NCBI GenBank assembly: GCA_043811535.1
Contig: JBDRNC010000039.1
Span: 92,687 to 156,686, forward strand
DNA from: Elusimicrobiota bacterium
GTDB taxonomy: Bacteria > Elusimicrobiota > Endomicrobiia > Endomicrobiales > JBDRNC01
Direction: 5' to 3'
DNA length: 64,000 nucleotides
In this document: positions 41,409-51,310 of the stretch, piece by piece
Layout of the letters: each line of letters opens with the position of its first letter
Position numbering within the stretch: position 1 is the stretch's first letter
The notes under the pieces: generated by a model
Databases searched by the model: none
What the model saw: the letters and a program-made list of their open reading frames with translations, nothing else
Told to the model about the DNA's origin: nothing
Position numbers and translations under genes: made by a program

Positions 41409-42170
41409 TTACCCTAACCTTACCGGCACTTTCTTGCGTTTAAGGTATATTTTCAGTTTCGCAATAGACAGTTCTTTATAGTGGAACAGCGATGCCGCAA
41501 GCACTGCCGAAGAGCCAGCCCTGTAAGCATCCAGGAAGTGCGCCGGCTTTCCTGCGCCGCCCGAAGCTATGACAGGAATCCTGACGGCGCGGCTGACAGC
41601 TCTTGTCAGGGATGTGTCGTAGCCGTCTTTTGTGCCGTCGCAGTCCATGCTGGTCAAAAGTATTTCACCCGCGCCGAGTTTCTCGGCTTTCTTCGCCCAA
41701 ACAACGGCGTCAAGACCTGTCGGCCTACGCCCGCCGTGAGTGTATACTTTCCACTTGTTCTTTCCCGGAAGTTTTTTCGCGTCTATCGCAACCACTATGC
41801 ACTGCGATCCGAATCTTTTAGAAGCTCTGTGAACAAGTTCCGGATCGAGGATAGCGGCAGTGTTGAGGGAAACCTTGTCTGCCCCGGCTTTGAGCATCGC
41901 CCTGATGTCTTCCAGTGTCCGCAGGCCTCCGCCGACGGTGAGAGGGATGAAGACCTGTTCGGCCGTCTTGCGCACGACTTCAAGCATTATCGGGCGTTCC
42001 TGGGACGACGCGGTGATGTCAAGAAAGACAAGTTCGTCCGCGCTTTCTCTGTTATAACGCTTTGCGACCTCTACGGGGTCCCCCGCATCGCGCAGGTTAA
42101 GGAACCTCGTGCCTTTTACCACGCGGCCGGCGTCAACGTCCAGACAGGGTATTATTCTAAGAGTAAGCAT
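41409..42170 (-). CDS. hisF: imidazole glycerol phosphate synthase cyclase subunit
   Basis: [51 protein letters not shown]. Confidence 0.97.
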   Translation of the reverse strand: MLTLRIIPCLDVDAGRVVKGTRFLNLRDAGDPVEVAKRYNRESADELVFLDITASSQERPIMLEVVRKTAEQVFIPLTVGGGLRTLEDIRAMLKAGADKVSLNTAAILDPELVHRASKRFGSQCIVVAIDAKKLPGKNKWKVYTHGGRRPTGLDAVVWAKKAEKLGAGEILLTSMDCDGTKDGYDTSLTRAVSRAVRIPVIASGGAGKPAHFLDAYRAGSSAVLAASLFHYKELSIAKLKIYLKRKKVPVRLG

Positions 42171-42175
42171 ATTAG

Positions 42176-42258
42176 TAATTTCAAATTCCAGATTTCAAAT
42201 TGCAGATTAAAACCCCAAAGAAGTTAATTTGAAATTTGCAATCTGAAATGTGCAATCA
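42176..42258. repeat. intergenic 7-nt-period inverted-repeat array
   Basis: atttcaa attccag atttcaa attgcag ... tttgaaa tttgcaa tctgaaa tgtgcaa. Confidence 0.8.
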
Positions 42259-42261
42259 TTT

Positions 42262-42990
42262 TTACTGTTTTTCCGCTATTTTGATTGCTTCCTCTAACTT
42301 TATATCTTCGGTATACAGGGCCTTTCCCACAATAGCGCCGAAAACGCCTTTAGACTCAAGCGCCTTGACATTCTCTACGTCTTTCAGGCTGGATACTCCG
42401 CCGGAAGCGATTATCTTCATCTTGCTTTTTTTCGCGATTAATTCCAGGCCTTCCAGGTTGGGCCCTTCCATCATGCCGTCTTTTTTTATGTCGGTATAGA
42501 TGATTTCTTCTACACCCATGTCCCTGGCTTTTAAGGCAAGCTCAAGAGCGTCTATGGTCGTTGTCTCTTTCCATCCGGCTATGGCGACTTTTGAATCGCG
42601 GACGTCCAGCGCGAGAACTATCTTTTTGCCATGTATTTCGACGGCCTTGCGAAGTATTTCCGGATTATAAACGGCCAGCGTGCCCAATATGACATAATCT
42701 ATTCCGGAGTTAATCAGCGAGTCAATGGCTTTCAGGTTCCTGATGCCGCCGCCGAATTGTATCGGTATCTGAATGGAGGCGCGGATGTTCTTTACGATTT
42801 CCATGTTCTTAGGGGTGCCCTGAAAAGCCCCGTCGAGGTCAACAACGTGCAGCCTTTTTGCTCCCTTCGCCTGCATCAGCTTGGCTATAAACACGGGATC
42901 CTTGGAAAATATCTTTTCAGCTTCTATTTTCCCTTGCGTAAGCATTACCGCGTTGCCCGCTCTTATATCAATTGCCGGTATTACGAGCAT
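42262..42990 (-). CDS. hisA: ProFAR isomerase
   Basis: IPAIDI, LHVVDLDGA, QFGGGIR, YTDI..DG...GPN, IASGGVS. Confidence 0.96.
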   Translation of the reverse strand: MLVIPAIDIRAGNAVMLTQGKIEAEKIFSKDPVFIAKLMQAKGAKRLHVVDLDGAFQGTPKNMEIVKNIRASIQIPIQFGGGIRNLKAIDSLINSGIDYVILGTLAVYNPEILRKAVEIHGKKIVLALDVRDSKVAIAGWKETTTIDALELALKARDMGVEEIIYTDIKKDGMMEGPNLEGLELIAKKSKMKIIASGGVSSLKDVENVKALESKGVFGAIVGKALYTEDIKLEEAIKIAEKQ

Positions 42991-42996
42991 TTTTTT

Positions 42997-43114
42997 ACCC
43001 CGTTAGAGATAAGCCTCTTGCAAGCGGGCGTATCACCGATATTTTTGTTTTTCGAGATATTGATAGTAGTTACAGTTGTCTTATACCGCATATATTTTCC
43101 ATCTCTAACGGGGT
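42997..43114. mobile_element. MITE-like element, second copy of the CCCCGTTAGAGAT terminal inverted repeat family
   Basis: ACCCCGTTAGAGAT ... ATCTCTAACGGGGT (14-bp perfect inverted repeat) filling the hisH-hisA spacer. Confidence 0.75.
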
Positions 43115-43121
43115 GAACCTC

Positions 43122-43742
43122 TCATATGATGTTCACAAAGTTTTTTAAAAGCTGTAACCCGTATCCGCTGCTTTTTTCGGGGTGGAACTGGCATCCCCAG
43201 ACCCTGTTCATTGTCACGGCGGAACAGAAATCGCTTCCGTAGCCGGTAATACCGGCGATTTCGGACGCGCCTGACGGCGCCGCGTAATACGAGTGGACGA
43301 AATAAAAAAAGGAATTTTCCGGTATCCCGTCAAACATCAACGGGCGCGCCTTTCCCCGGGGATAGCGGATGCTGTTCCATCCCATGTGCGGGACCTTCAG
43401 CTTTGTCCTGAATTTGACGACTTTTCCCGGTATGATGCCGAGTCCTTTGTGAAGCCCGTCTTCAGAACTTGCATCGAACAGCAGCTGGAACCCCAGGCAT
43501 AATCCGAGAAAGGGCCGCCCTTTTCCGACCGCTTCAAGGATAGTATCGTCAATGCCCGCCCGTTTCAGGTTCTTTATCGCGGGGCCGAACGATCCGACGC
43601 CCGGCAAAACTATGGCGTCCGCTGATTTGATTCGTGAACTGGAAGCGGTGATTTCGGTCCTGGCGCCGGAAAGCTCAAGGGCTTTGCCTACGCTGCGCAG
43701 ATTTCCCATCCCGTAATCAATTACCGCTACAATAGGTCTCAT
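43122..43742 (-). CDS. hisH: imidazole glycerol phosphate synthase amidotransferase subunit
   Basis: DYGMGNLRSV, LPGVG, GLCLG.Q, VPHMGWN, YFVHSY, QFHPEKS. Confidence 0.96.
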   Translation of the reverse strand: MRPIVAVIDYGMGNLRSVGKALELSGARTEITASSSRIKSADAIVLPGVGSFGPAIKNLKRAGIDDTILEAVGKGRPFLGLCLGFQLLFDASSEDGLHKGLGIIPGKVVKFRTKLKVPHMGWNSIRYPRGKARPLMFDGIPENSFFYFVHSYYAAPSGASEIAGITGYGSDFCSAVTMNRVWGCQFHPEKSSGYGLQLLKNFVNII

Positions 43743-43850
43743 GGTTAAATGGTCATACGGCTAAATGGTTAATACTGCCAACGGCTGCATGGCTAAACGG
43801 TTAAATGGTTATAGACTTTAGCCATTTAGCAATATAGCAATTTAGCCATT
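43741..43850. repeat. intergenic 8-nt-period inverted-repeat array
   Basis: (ATGGTTAA/ACGGCTAA)n left arm followed by (TTAGCCAT/TTAGCAAT)n right arm. Confidence 0.85.
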
Positions 43851-44438
43851 TTATATTCTTCCTTTCGTCGACGGAACGCCTTTTCTTTTTGATGCCGGAG
43901 AAACCGCCTGCGAAAGCGCCCTACCGAATCCCTTGAAAATTGATTCGGCTATATGGTGATTGTTGCGGCCGGATTTCATTTCGATGTGAAGCGTTATGCC
44001 CGCGTTTATGGCGAGCGCGTAGAAAAAGTCGTTCAGAAGGTCAAAATCAAAGCCCGTTCTCTGGTTCTTGAATTTTACCTTGAAGTTCAGATACGGCCTC
44101 CCGGAAACGTCGATGGCCACGTAGGACAAGGCCTCATCCATGGGCAGGAGGAAACTGCCGTAGCGGTTAATCCCCTTTTTGGAGCCGAGCGCTTTCGAAA
44201 GCGCCTGTCCGAGGGTTATTCCGATATCTTCCACAAGATGGTGGTCGTCTATCTCGGTGTCTCCGCATGCTTTCAGTTTGAGCCCGAAGTCCCCGTGATA
44301 GGCCATCAGTGTTAGCATGTGGTCAACGAACGGGATTGTCGTGCCTATTTTGGCAGTAGAAATCCTGTCAAGGCCGATCTCGACACTGACTTCGGTCTCT
44401 TTTGTTTTCCGCGATACTTTTGCTTTGCGTGCTTTCAT
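43851..44438 (-). CDS. hisB: imidazoleglycerol-phosphate dehydratase
   Basis: RKTKET, DHML, DDHHLVEDIG, PMDEAL, SGRP, NNHHIAESIFK, PSTKG. Confidence 0.97.
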   Translation of the reverse strand: MKARKAKVSRKTKETEVSVEIGLDRISTAKIGTTIPFVDHMLTLMAYHGDFGLKLKACGDTEIDDHHLVEDIGITLGQALSKALGSKKGINRYGSFLLPMDEALSYVAIDVSGRPYLNFKVKFKNQRTGFDFDLLNDFFYALAINAGITLHIEMKSGRNNHHIAESIFKGFGRALSQAVSPASKRKGVPSTKGRI

Positions 44439-44547
44439 GTTGAACTCCTAAAGCGTTCTTGTTAAATTGTCTTTTGTGAAATCCGCCGTGGCGGAATAAC
44501 TCCCATCCATATAATTATCAATTAACAATAAACAATTGACAATTCAG

Positions 44548-44754
44548 TCAATGAGACAGGTTGCTTTGGCTGTTGTTGAGCAGGCCCTTATCAAACAGAT
44601 AGGTGTTCCGCAGGGCCGACTCCAGCTTTTCGATCAGCTCTCTTTCTTCCAGAGTCAGTATCGGATTGCCGTTCGGGGTGAAATCACCCGCGAAAGCGTC
44701 GTTAAGCAGAAGCAGAAGCAATTCAATTTCCTTTTGAGTCAATTCTATTTTCAT
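44548..44754 (-). CDS. small hypothetical protein (68 aa)
   Basis: ORF co-directional with the his genes, with an AAGGCGGA RBS-like sequence; no recognisable motif. Confidence 0.5.
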   Translation of the reverse strand: MKIELTQKEIELLLLLLNDAFAGDFTPNGNPILTLEERELIEKLESALRNTYLFDKGLLNNSQSNLSH

Positions 44755-44821
44755 CGTATTTCCGCCTTTCTTTTATCTTCTTACAGTTTATGTTTGCTTC
44801 CGTCTTCTGTCTTCCGTCTTC

Positions 44822-46012
44822 CTACTTTTTATATCTTGCCGCTATGGACTTCCTGTGGTTTTCCAGGCCTTCCGCAGAAGCAAGTTTTTCCACTATTTTG
44901 CCGAATTTCTTTATCACCGAAGCGGAGCATTCAATGTAGCTTGTCCTTTTCATGAACGTCTGCACTGAAAGGCCGCTCGAAAAGCGGGCACGTCTGGCCG
45001 TGGGCAGGACGTGCGAAGGGCCGGCCCAGTAATCGCCTACCGCCGTCGGCGTGTTGTTCCCGACGAATACCGCGCCCGCGTTCTTGATAGCGGCGACGTA
45101 TCCCACGGGTTTTCGCACCATCAGTTCAAGGTGTTCCGGCGCGATGCGGTTGACCGATTCTACGGCTTTGACAAGCGAACACAATTTGGCCTGGAACTGG
45201 ATTCTGAGATTGAAGCGTTTGCCGTCCTTTTTTAGAATGGCGGAAACCTTGTTCAGAAGCACCCTGGAATTCGTGAAAAGGAATGCCCTGGCGTCCGGAT
45301 CGTGTTCAAGCTGAGCAAGTATGTCGGCTGCTATATAAGCGGGTTTCGCGCTGGAGTCCGCGATAATCGCTACTTCGCTGGGGCCGGCAAGAGAATCAAT
45401 ACCTACCCATCCCAATACTTGCCTTTTTGCTTCATTTACATAGGCATTCCCGGGACCTGCTATAATATCAACTTTGGGTATTGTGAAAGTACCGATAGCC
45501 ATCGCAGCAATGGCTGCGGGGCCGTTAACGCCGTAAATCTCATCAACTCCCGCGATTCTGGCGGCGTATAGAACGGCCGGCGACAAATTCCCTGGAGGCG
45601 TGACCATGATTATCCGTTTCACGCCGGCTACGCGGGCGGGGATGGCCGTCATGAGGACCGTTGAAGGATACGGAAAACGCCCTCCGGGCACGTAAATCCC
45701 CGCGGTTTCAACCGGATTATAATTCTGTCCCGTCTTTACTCCGTCATAGACAACGGACCATGACCTCTTGATGTTCGAAAGCTCTATCGCGTGGAATCTT
45801 TTGATATTTTTTGCGGCCATTTCAATCGATTTCTTCAGGTCAGGCTCAAGCATACCCCCGGCCGAAAGCAAGGCTTTCCTTGAGACACGGAAATCTCTCG
45901 GGGAGAGCTTGACCTTGTCCCACTTGGCTGTGTACGAAATGACAGCGGCGTCACCTTTCCCGGCGACATCTTCAATAATTCCTGCAATGTAAGAACTCAG
46001 TTTTTTGTCCAT
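44822..46012 (-). CDS. hisD: histidinol dehydrogenase
   Basis: GIYVPGG, YPSTVLM, GPGNAYV, AGPSE, QLEHD, APEHLE, GDYWAGPSHVLPT. Confidence 0.96.
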   Translation of the reverse strand: MDKKLSSYIAGIIEDVAGKGDAAVISYTAKWDKVKLSPRDFRVSRKALLSAGGMLEPDLKKSIEMAAKNIKRFHAIELSNIKRSWSVVYDGVKTGQNYNPVETAGIYVPGGRFPYPSTVLMTAIPARVAGVKRIIMVTPPGNLSPAVLYAARIAGVDEIYGVNGPAAIAAMAIGTFTIPKVDIIAGPGNAYVNEAKRQVLGWVGIDSLAGPSEVAIIADSSAKPAYIAADILAQLEHDPDARAFLFTNSRVLLNKVSAILKKDGKRFNLRIQFQAKLCSLVKAVESVNRIAPEHLELMVRKPVGYVAAIKNAGAVFVGNNTPTAVGDYWAGPSHVLPTARRARFSSGLSVQTFMKRTSYIECSASVIKKFGKIVEKLASAEGLENHRKSIAARYKK

Positions 46013-46059
46013 GTTTAAATCCAGTTATTCTCAAATTATATTATAAAATTAAGTAATTT

Positions 46060-47313
46060 TCAATCTTTAACCCTTCTTATATCAGCTCCCAGTTTCTTAA
46101 GTTTCTTTTCCAACTGTTCGTATCCGCGGTCAAGGTGGTATACCCTGTGTATCTCGGTCCTGCCCTTTGCCGCCAGTCCGGCCAGTACCAGAGCGGCGCC
46201 TGCCCGCAGGTCAGAGACCATGACGGGAGCTCCAGACAGAGAATCAACGCCGGTTACGGCCACCTTGTGAGGCCAAATCTTCAGGTTCGCTCCCATCCTT
46301 TTCAGTTCAACCGCGTGTATGAACCTGTTCTCAAAGACGGTTTCTTCTATCACGGACTTTCCTCTGACAATCGACATCAGCGCCATCCACTGGGCCTGAA
46401 CGTCAGTCGGAAAACCCGGGTAGACATTCGTTTTAACGTCAGCCGGTTTGAGCGCCGATATCCATTTCGCGCTTATAGCGTTATCGCGGCAGTTTATCCT
46501 GAGCCCGCTTTCCCGGAGTTTGTCTATGACTGCCTGGAGGAGGCGGGAATCGGTGTTTTCAAGCGTGATATCGCCCTTGGTTATGGCGGCGGCGATAAGA
46601 TATGTCGCCGTTTCAATCCTGTCGGGTATCACCGAATGGACGAAACCGCCGAGGGTTTCAACCCCTTCGACAACTATCTTTTTGGTACCGGCCCCGGTAA
46701 TCTTGCCGCCCATCTTATTGAGCACGTCGGCCAGGTCAGTTATCTCCGGCTCGCAGGCGGAGTTTTCTAATACCGTTTTCCCTTCAGCCAGAACAGAGGC
46801 CAGTAGAAGGTTTTCCGTGGCGCCGACGCTCGGGAACCTGAACCTGATTTTCCCTCCCATGAGCTTGTCGCACCTCATTTCAACGTATCCGGCCTGAAGG
46901 TCTATCTTCACTCCCAATTTTGAAAAAGCGTCAAGATGTATGTCTATCGGCCTCGGTCCTATCGCGCATCCTCCCGGAAGAGAAACCCTTACCTTGCCCA
47001 GCCGGGCTATAAGAGGGCCCATCACAAGCACACTCGCGCGCATCTTACTGACAAGGTCGTACGGCGCAGTGTCGCGCAGTTTCTTTTTAGGAGATACGAA
47101 AACCGTGTCCCCGCGGACCTCTATCTCTTTGCCTATGAACCTGAGCAGGAGTATAGTTGTGTCGATATCGGCAAGTTTCGGGATGTTCCTGATAACGCAT
47201 TTCCCTTCGGTTAGGAGCGTGGCGATAAGTATGGGTAGAGCGGCGTTCTTTGAACCCGAGACACGCGCGCTTCCTCTTAGTTTTTTTCCGCCGTGAATGA
47301 CAATCCTATGCAT
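46060..47313 (-). CDS. murA: UDP-N-acetylglucosamine 1-carboxyvinyltransferase
   Basis: GSKNAALP, MRAS, LPGGCAIGPRP (Cys115 equivalent), SVGATEN, PDRIE, GFPTD.Q, DLRAGA, HLDRGY. Confidence 0.97.
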   Translation of the reverse strand: MHRIVIHGGKKLRGSARVSGSKNAALPILIATLLTEGKCVIRNIPKLADIDTTILLLRFIGKEIEVRGDTVFVSPKKKLRDTAPYDLVSKMRASVLVMGPLIARLGKVRVSLPGGCAIGPRPIDIHLDAFSKLGVKIDLQAGYVEMRCDKLMGGKIRFRFPSVGATENLLLASVLAEGKTVLENSACEPEITDLADVLNKMGGKITGAGTKKIVVEGVETLGGFVHSVIPDRIETATYLIAAAITKGDITLENTDSRLLQAVIDKLRESGLRINCRDNAISAKWISALKPADVKTNVYPGFPTDVQAQWMALMSIVRGKSVIEETVFENRFIHAVELKRMGANLKIWPHKVAVTGVDSLSGAPVMVSDLRAGAALVLAGLAAKGRTEIHRVYHLDRGYEQLEKKLKKLGADIRRVKD

Positions 47314-47318
47314 TATTA

Positions 47319-48206
47319 TTACCTCGAATTAATGATTTTCGCCGTAAGCACTCTGTCCAGCCCCGAATAGTCCTTGATAATGGTCTCAACCGCGAAACCG
47401 GTTGATTCGAATATATCCCTTATCTGATAGCTTTTATTGGAATTCAGTTCCACCGCGATCAATCCCCCGGGTTTCAGGTATTTCCTGCTTTCTACGGATA
47501 ATATCTTATAGAAGTCCAAGCCGTCCTCGCCGCCGTTTAGCGCGTTCCGAGGCTCGTACTTCAGTTCCGGTTCGAGGCCGTCAAACTCGTCAAGCGAAAC
47601 GTATGGAGGGTTTGACACAATGATATCCGTCTTCCCCTCCAGGCCGTCGCTTTCCAGCGCCCTGAACATGTCGCCCTGCCTGAGAACGACTTTTGACGCG
47701 ACACTGTGTTTGAAAACATTCTCCTGCGCGACTTTCAGCGCGTCCATAGAGATGTCCGTGGCGTATATTGTAGTAATATCAGTCAATTTGGCGATGCTTA
47801 CGCTTATATTACCCGAGCCCGTTCCGACTTCAACCAGGACTTTCTTCCCTTTTCCGCGGACAAGGTTTACGACTTCTTCCACCAGGAGTTCCGTTTCAGG
47901 CCTGGGTATCAGCGTCGCGTTGTTGACGCGGAAGCTCATTCCCATGAATTCGTGTTCGCCCAGTATATAGGCAAGCGGCTTACGTTCTTTTCTTTCCGTG
48001 ATGAAGCGCTTGTACTGGGACAGTATTTTTTCCGGTATTCTTTCATCCTTGCGCAGGTTCAGATCCAGCCGGGGGCACTTGAGCACGTGCGAAAGCAGTA
48101 TCTCGGCATCAAGCCGGGCGCCGGAAATATTATGGCGTTCGAAGTAATCCGCCGTCCAGTCTAGCACGGAACAAACCGTCCAATCCCTGATATCCGGGTT
48201 ATCCAT
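47319..48206 (-). CDS. prmC: release factor glutamine methyltransferase
   Basis: PLAYILG, LIPRPETE, VGTGSG, SNPPY, GGEDGL; follows prfA. Confidence 0.95.
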   Translation of the reverse strand: MDNPDIRDWTVCSVLDWTADYFERHNISGARLDAEILLSHVLKCPRLDLNLRKDERIPEKILSQYKRFITERKERKPLAYILGEHEFMGMSFRVNNATLIPRPETELLVEEVVNLVRGKGKKVLVEVGTGSGNISVSIAKLTDITTIYATDISMDALKVAQENVFKHSVASKVVLRQGDMFRALESDGLEGKTDIIVSNPPYVSLDEFDGLEPELKYEPRNALNGGEDGLDFYKILSVESRKYLKPGGLIAVELNSNKSYQIRDIFESTGFAVETIIKDYSGLDRVLTAKIINSR

Positions 48207-48209
48207 GTT

Positions 48210-49277
48210 TTAAACCGTTCCTGACAGTGTTTTTTCCTGGTCCGAAGTTATAAGCTCTTTAAACAGTTCGTCCATGTCGCCGTTCAGCACTTCTTTCAGG
48301 CGGTACAGGCTGAAATCGATCCTGTGGTCCGTTATCCTGTTCTGCGGAAAATTGTACGTCCTGATCTTTTCCGACCTGTCGCCCGAACCGACCTGCATTT
48401 TCCGCTCATTCGCCATGGCCTGCGCCTGTTCCTGTTGCTTCGCTTCAAAGAGTTTCGCTTTAAGGATCCTCATCGCCTTCGCCCTGTTCTTTATCTGGCT
48501 ACGCTCGTCCTGGCAGGCCACGACAACATTAGTCGGTAAATGAGTTATCCTGACTGCGGAATCCGTCTTGTTGACATGCTGCCCGCCCGCGCCGGAGGCG
48601 CGGTAAGTGTCAATCCTGAGGTCTTCGGGCCTGATATCCACTTCAACGTCTTCTACTTCAGGCAGCACCGCAACCGAGACCGCCGAAGTATGTATGCGGC
48701 CCGACGCTTCAGTCTCGGGGACGCGCTGAACCCGGTGAATGCCTCTTTCAAACTTGAAATGTTTCCACGCCGATCTGCCCGATACCGAGAATACCGCTTC
48801 CTTGAACCCGCCTAGACCGGTGGCGTGGTTGCTCATGCCTTCCACCTTCCAACCCCTGGTTTCGGCGTATCTGCAGTACATCCTGAACAAATCCCCTGCG
48901 AAAAGAGCCGCTTCTTCGCCTCCGGTCCCGGCCCTTATTTCCACGATGATATCCTTGTCGTCGTTCGGGTCGGGCGGGATCAGCGCGAATTTGAGCTCGG
49001 ATTCAAGCGTTTGTTTCCTGTTCCCCATTTCTTCGTGCTCGCTCGCGGCCATAAGGCGCAGCTCGGTGTCCTGGGTATTCTTCAGTTCTTCCAGGTTCTT
49101 TAACTCGGCCAGAACCCTTTTATAGTCTTTGAATTTCGCTATTATGGGCGATAGGTACGCGTGCTCTTTGGAATATTTCAGGTATTCCTCTTTTCTGGAT
49201 ATCACATCCGGGTCGGAAAGGAGTTTCTCTACTTCCCCGCAGCGATTTTCAAGTCTGTTCAGTTTATCTAATAGCAT
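48210..49277 (-). CDS. prfA: peptide chain release factor 1
   Basis: EIRAGTGGEEA, HRVQRVPETE (PxT), GAGGQHVNKT, RSEKIRTYN. Confidence 0.97.
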   Translation of the reverse strand: MLLDKLNRLENRCGEVEKLLSDPDVISRKEEYLKYSKEHAYLSPIIAKFKDYKRVLAELKNLEELKNTQDTELRLMAASEHEEMGNRKQTLESELKFALIPPDPNDDKDIIVEIRAGTGGEEAALFAGDLFRMYCRYAETRGWKVEGMSNHATGLGGFKEAVFSVSGRSAWKHFKFERGIHRVQRVPETEASGRIHTSAVSVAVLPEVEDVEVDIRPEDLRIDTYRASGAGGQHVNKTDSAVRITHLPTNVVVACQDERSQIKNRAKAMRILKAKLFEAKQQEQAQAMANERKMQVGSGDRSEKIRTYNFPQNRITDHRIDFSLYRLKEVLNGDMDELFKELITSDQEKTLSGTV

Positions 49278-49449
49278 GATATTCTGCCTTTGAATGAGTC
49301 TTAACCATCAATCCCGCGGTTATGCCCGCCGCGGCGGGCCCGACCTCTTGTCGGGGGAGGAATGCGAGCGGAGCCGTCCGACTACGCATGGACTCCATCG
49401 AATACGCTAAGGAAGTCGCGGGAGGTCGCATGATGTATAGAGGTGCTCC

Positions 49450-49491
49450 AAAAAAAATGACAGAGCTAGTACGAATATCGCACTCTGTCAT
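49450..49491 (-). terminator. intrinsic terminator after rpmE
   Basis: Minus strand ATGACAGAG...CTCTGTCAT stem running into a T8 tract. Confidence 0.8.
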
Positions 49492-49509
49492 CGTTATGGA
49501 AAGTAGACG

Positions 49510-49854
49510 CTACTTCTCTTTTTTTGGCGTTTCTGTTTTTGCCGCAACCGCGGTCAATTTCTTCCTGCGCGGAGCGGTGGAAAACACCTTCCCCTTGACC
49601 TTCTTAACAGCGGTCTTGGGTTTCGCAACCTTGGCCGTTTTTATCATTTTGCCTTCGGTTTTCGAGAAGCGCTTGGTGAATCTTTCAACGCGTCCAGCGC
49701 TGTCAACTAATTTCTGCTTTCCCGTGAAAAACGGATGGCAGTTCGAGCACATTTCCAGCTTTATTACAGGCTTGGTAGAGCGGGTTTTGAACGTGTAACC
49801 GCAAGCGCAGGTTACCGTTGTCTCAACATACTGCGGATGGATGCCTTCTCTCAT
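49510..49854 (-). CDS. rpmE: 50S ribosomal protein L31 (Zn-binding type) with Lys-rich C-terminal tail
   Basis: MREGIHPQY...CACG...[20 protein letters not shown]. Confidence 0.96.
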   Translation of the reverse strand: MREGIHPQYVETTVTCACGYTFKTRSTKPVIKLEMCSNCHPFFTGKQKLVDSAGRVERFTKRFSKTEGKMIKTAKVAKPKTAVKKVKGKVFSTAPRRKKLTAVAAKTETPKKEK

Positions 49855-49891
49855 TTATGTGGTCTCCTTTTCACTATTTATGCGACGTATT

Positions 49892-49920
49892 ATTATCTCA
49901 AAAAACGGGCAAAAAGTCAA
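49892..49920 (-). promoter_or_regulatory. sigma70 promoter for rpmE
   Basis: Minus strand TTGACT, 17 nt, GATAAT with an upstream TG (extended -10). Confidence 0.7.
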
Positions 49921-49928
49921 TAAAAAAA

Positions 49929-50020
49929 ACAGGATCAAGGGTCAGGGGTCCAGGGACAAAGATTTAATAAGGACTTGTCGTTGTTTTACTGGACCCTGGA
50001 CACTGGCGACTGGACCCTGC
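49929..50020. repeat. intergenic short-period inverted-repeat array
   Basis: caggatcaagggtcaggggtccaggg ... ctggaccctggacactggcgactggaccctg. Confidence 0.75.
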
Positions 50021-50023
50021 CGT

Positions 50024-51310
50024 TTAGTTTGATATTTCCATCGATTTGAGGAAATCCTTGTTGGACTTGGTCGCGGAGACCTTTTCTAGCATGAGCTCCA
50101 TGGCTTCGATCGGATTGAGAGGCGTTATGACCTTTCTCAGTATCCAGACCTTGTTCAGTTCATCTTCATTCAGAAGGAGCTCTTCTTTTCTGGTTCCGGA
50201 CCTCGTTATGTCTATGGCGGGGAAGACCCTGCGGTCGGCGAGTTTTCTGTCAAGATAGACTTCGGAGTTGCCCGTGCCTTTGAATTCTTCGAATATGACG
50301 TCATCCATGCGGCTTCCGGTTTCCACGAGTGCCGTCGCTATTATCGTCAAACTGCCGCCTTCTTCTACGTTCCTCGCGGAGCCGAAAAAGCGTTTAGGGC
50401 GCTGCAGCGCGTTGGAGTCAAGCCCTCCGGAAAGCACCCTTCCGCTTGAAGGCGTGACGGTGTTATAGGCCCTCGCGAGCCTCGTTATTGAATCGAGCAA
50501 TATAATAACGTCTTTCCCGTGTTCAACGAGCCGCTTCGCCTTCTCTATAACCATCTCTGCGACCTGTATATGGCGCTCGGACGATTCGTCGAATGTGGAA
50601 GATATTACCTCGCCCTTGACCGAACGCTGCATGTCCGTGACTTCTTCGGGGCGTTCGTCAATAAGAAGCACCATGAGAACGACTTCGGGGTGGTTTTCCG
50701 TGACCGAGTTGGCGATTTTCTGGAGCAGCACGGTTTTTCCGGTCCTGGGAGCTGCGTTTATCAACATCCTTTGCCCCTTGCCGAGTGGTATCATCAGGTC
50801 CAGTATCCTTGTTGACATCTCGTCGCGTTTCGTTTCAAGCACTACCCTTTTATCAGGATAGAGCGGCGTAAGGTTATCGAATAACTGGCGTTCGCGTATA
50901 TTATCAAGCTCCTGCCCGTTGACCGACTTAACCTGGAGCAGCGCGAAAAAACGTTCCTGGTCCTTCGGAGGGCGCACAAATCCCGCGACGGTGTCACCTT
51001 TCCTTAACGCGAATTTCTTTATCTGCGAAGGCGATATATATATGTCATCCGGGCCAGGAAGGTAGTTGTAATTGGGCGATCTTAAAAAACCGAAACCGTC
51101 AGGCAAAATCTCAAGCACGCCCTCATCATAGATGAGGTTGTTTTCCTTTGTTTGGGCTTCGAGTATTTTGGCTATGAGCTCCGGTTTCCTGAGCCCCGAA
51201 GTAGTTTCGACCTTAAATTCTTTAGCGATTTTAGTTAGTTCTGCGATGGTCTTTTTGGACAGCGTAGACGCGTCCATTGACGGCGGGGCTTGAGGCGGTG
51301 TTTGTTCCAT
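50024..51310 (-). CDS. rho: transcription termination factor Rho
   Basis: [70 protein letters not shown]. Confidence 0.98.
   Translation of the reverse strand: MEQTPPQAPPSMDASTLSKKTIAELTKIAKEFKVETTSGLRKPELIAKILEAQTKENNLIYDEGVLEILPDGFGFLRSPNYNYLPGPDDIYISPSQIKKFALRKGDTVAGFVRPPKDQERFFALLQVKSVNGQELDNIRERQLFDNLTPLYPDKRVVLETKRDEMSTRILDLMIPLGKGQRMLINAAPRTGKTVLLQKIANSVTENHPEVVLMVLLIDERPEEVTDMQRSVKGEVISSTFDESSERHIQVAEMVIEKAKRLVEHGKDVIILLDSITRLARAYNTVTPSSGRVLSGGLDSNALQRPKRFFGSARNVEEGGSLTIIATALVETGSRMDDVIFEEFKGTGNSEVYLDRKLADRRVFPAIDITRSGTRKEELLLNEDELNKVWILRKVITPLNPIEAMELMLEKVSATKSNKDFLKSMEISN

Noticed and set aside
49264..49798. ORFs 49264..49491 (-) and 49322..49798 (+)
   Set aside because: They run through a terminator and palindromic sequence or antisense to rpmE, with no motifs; more likely non-coding.
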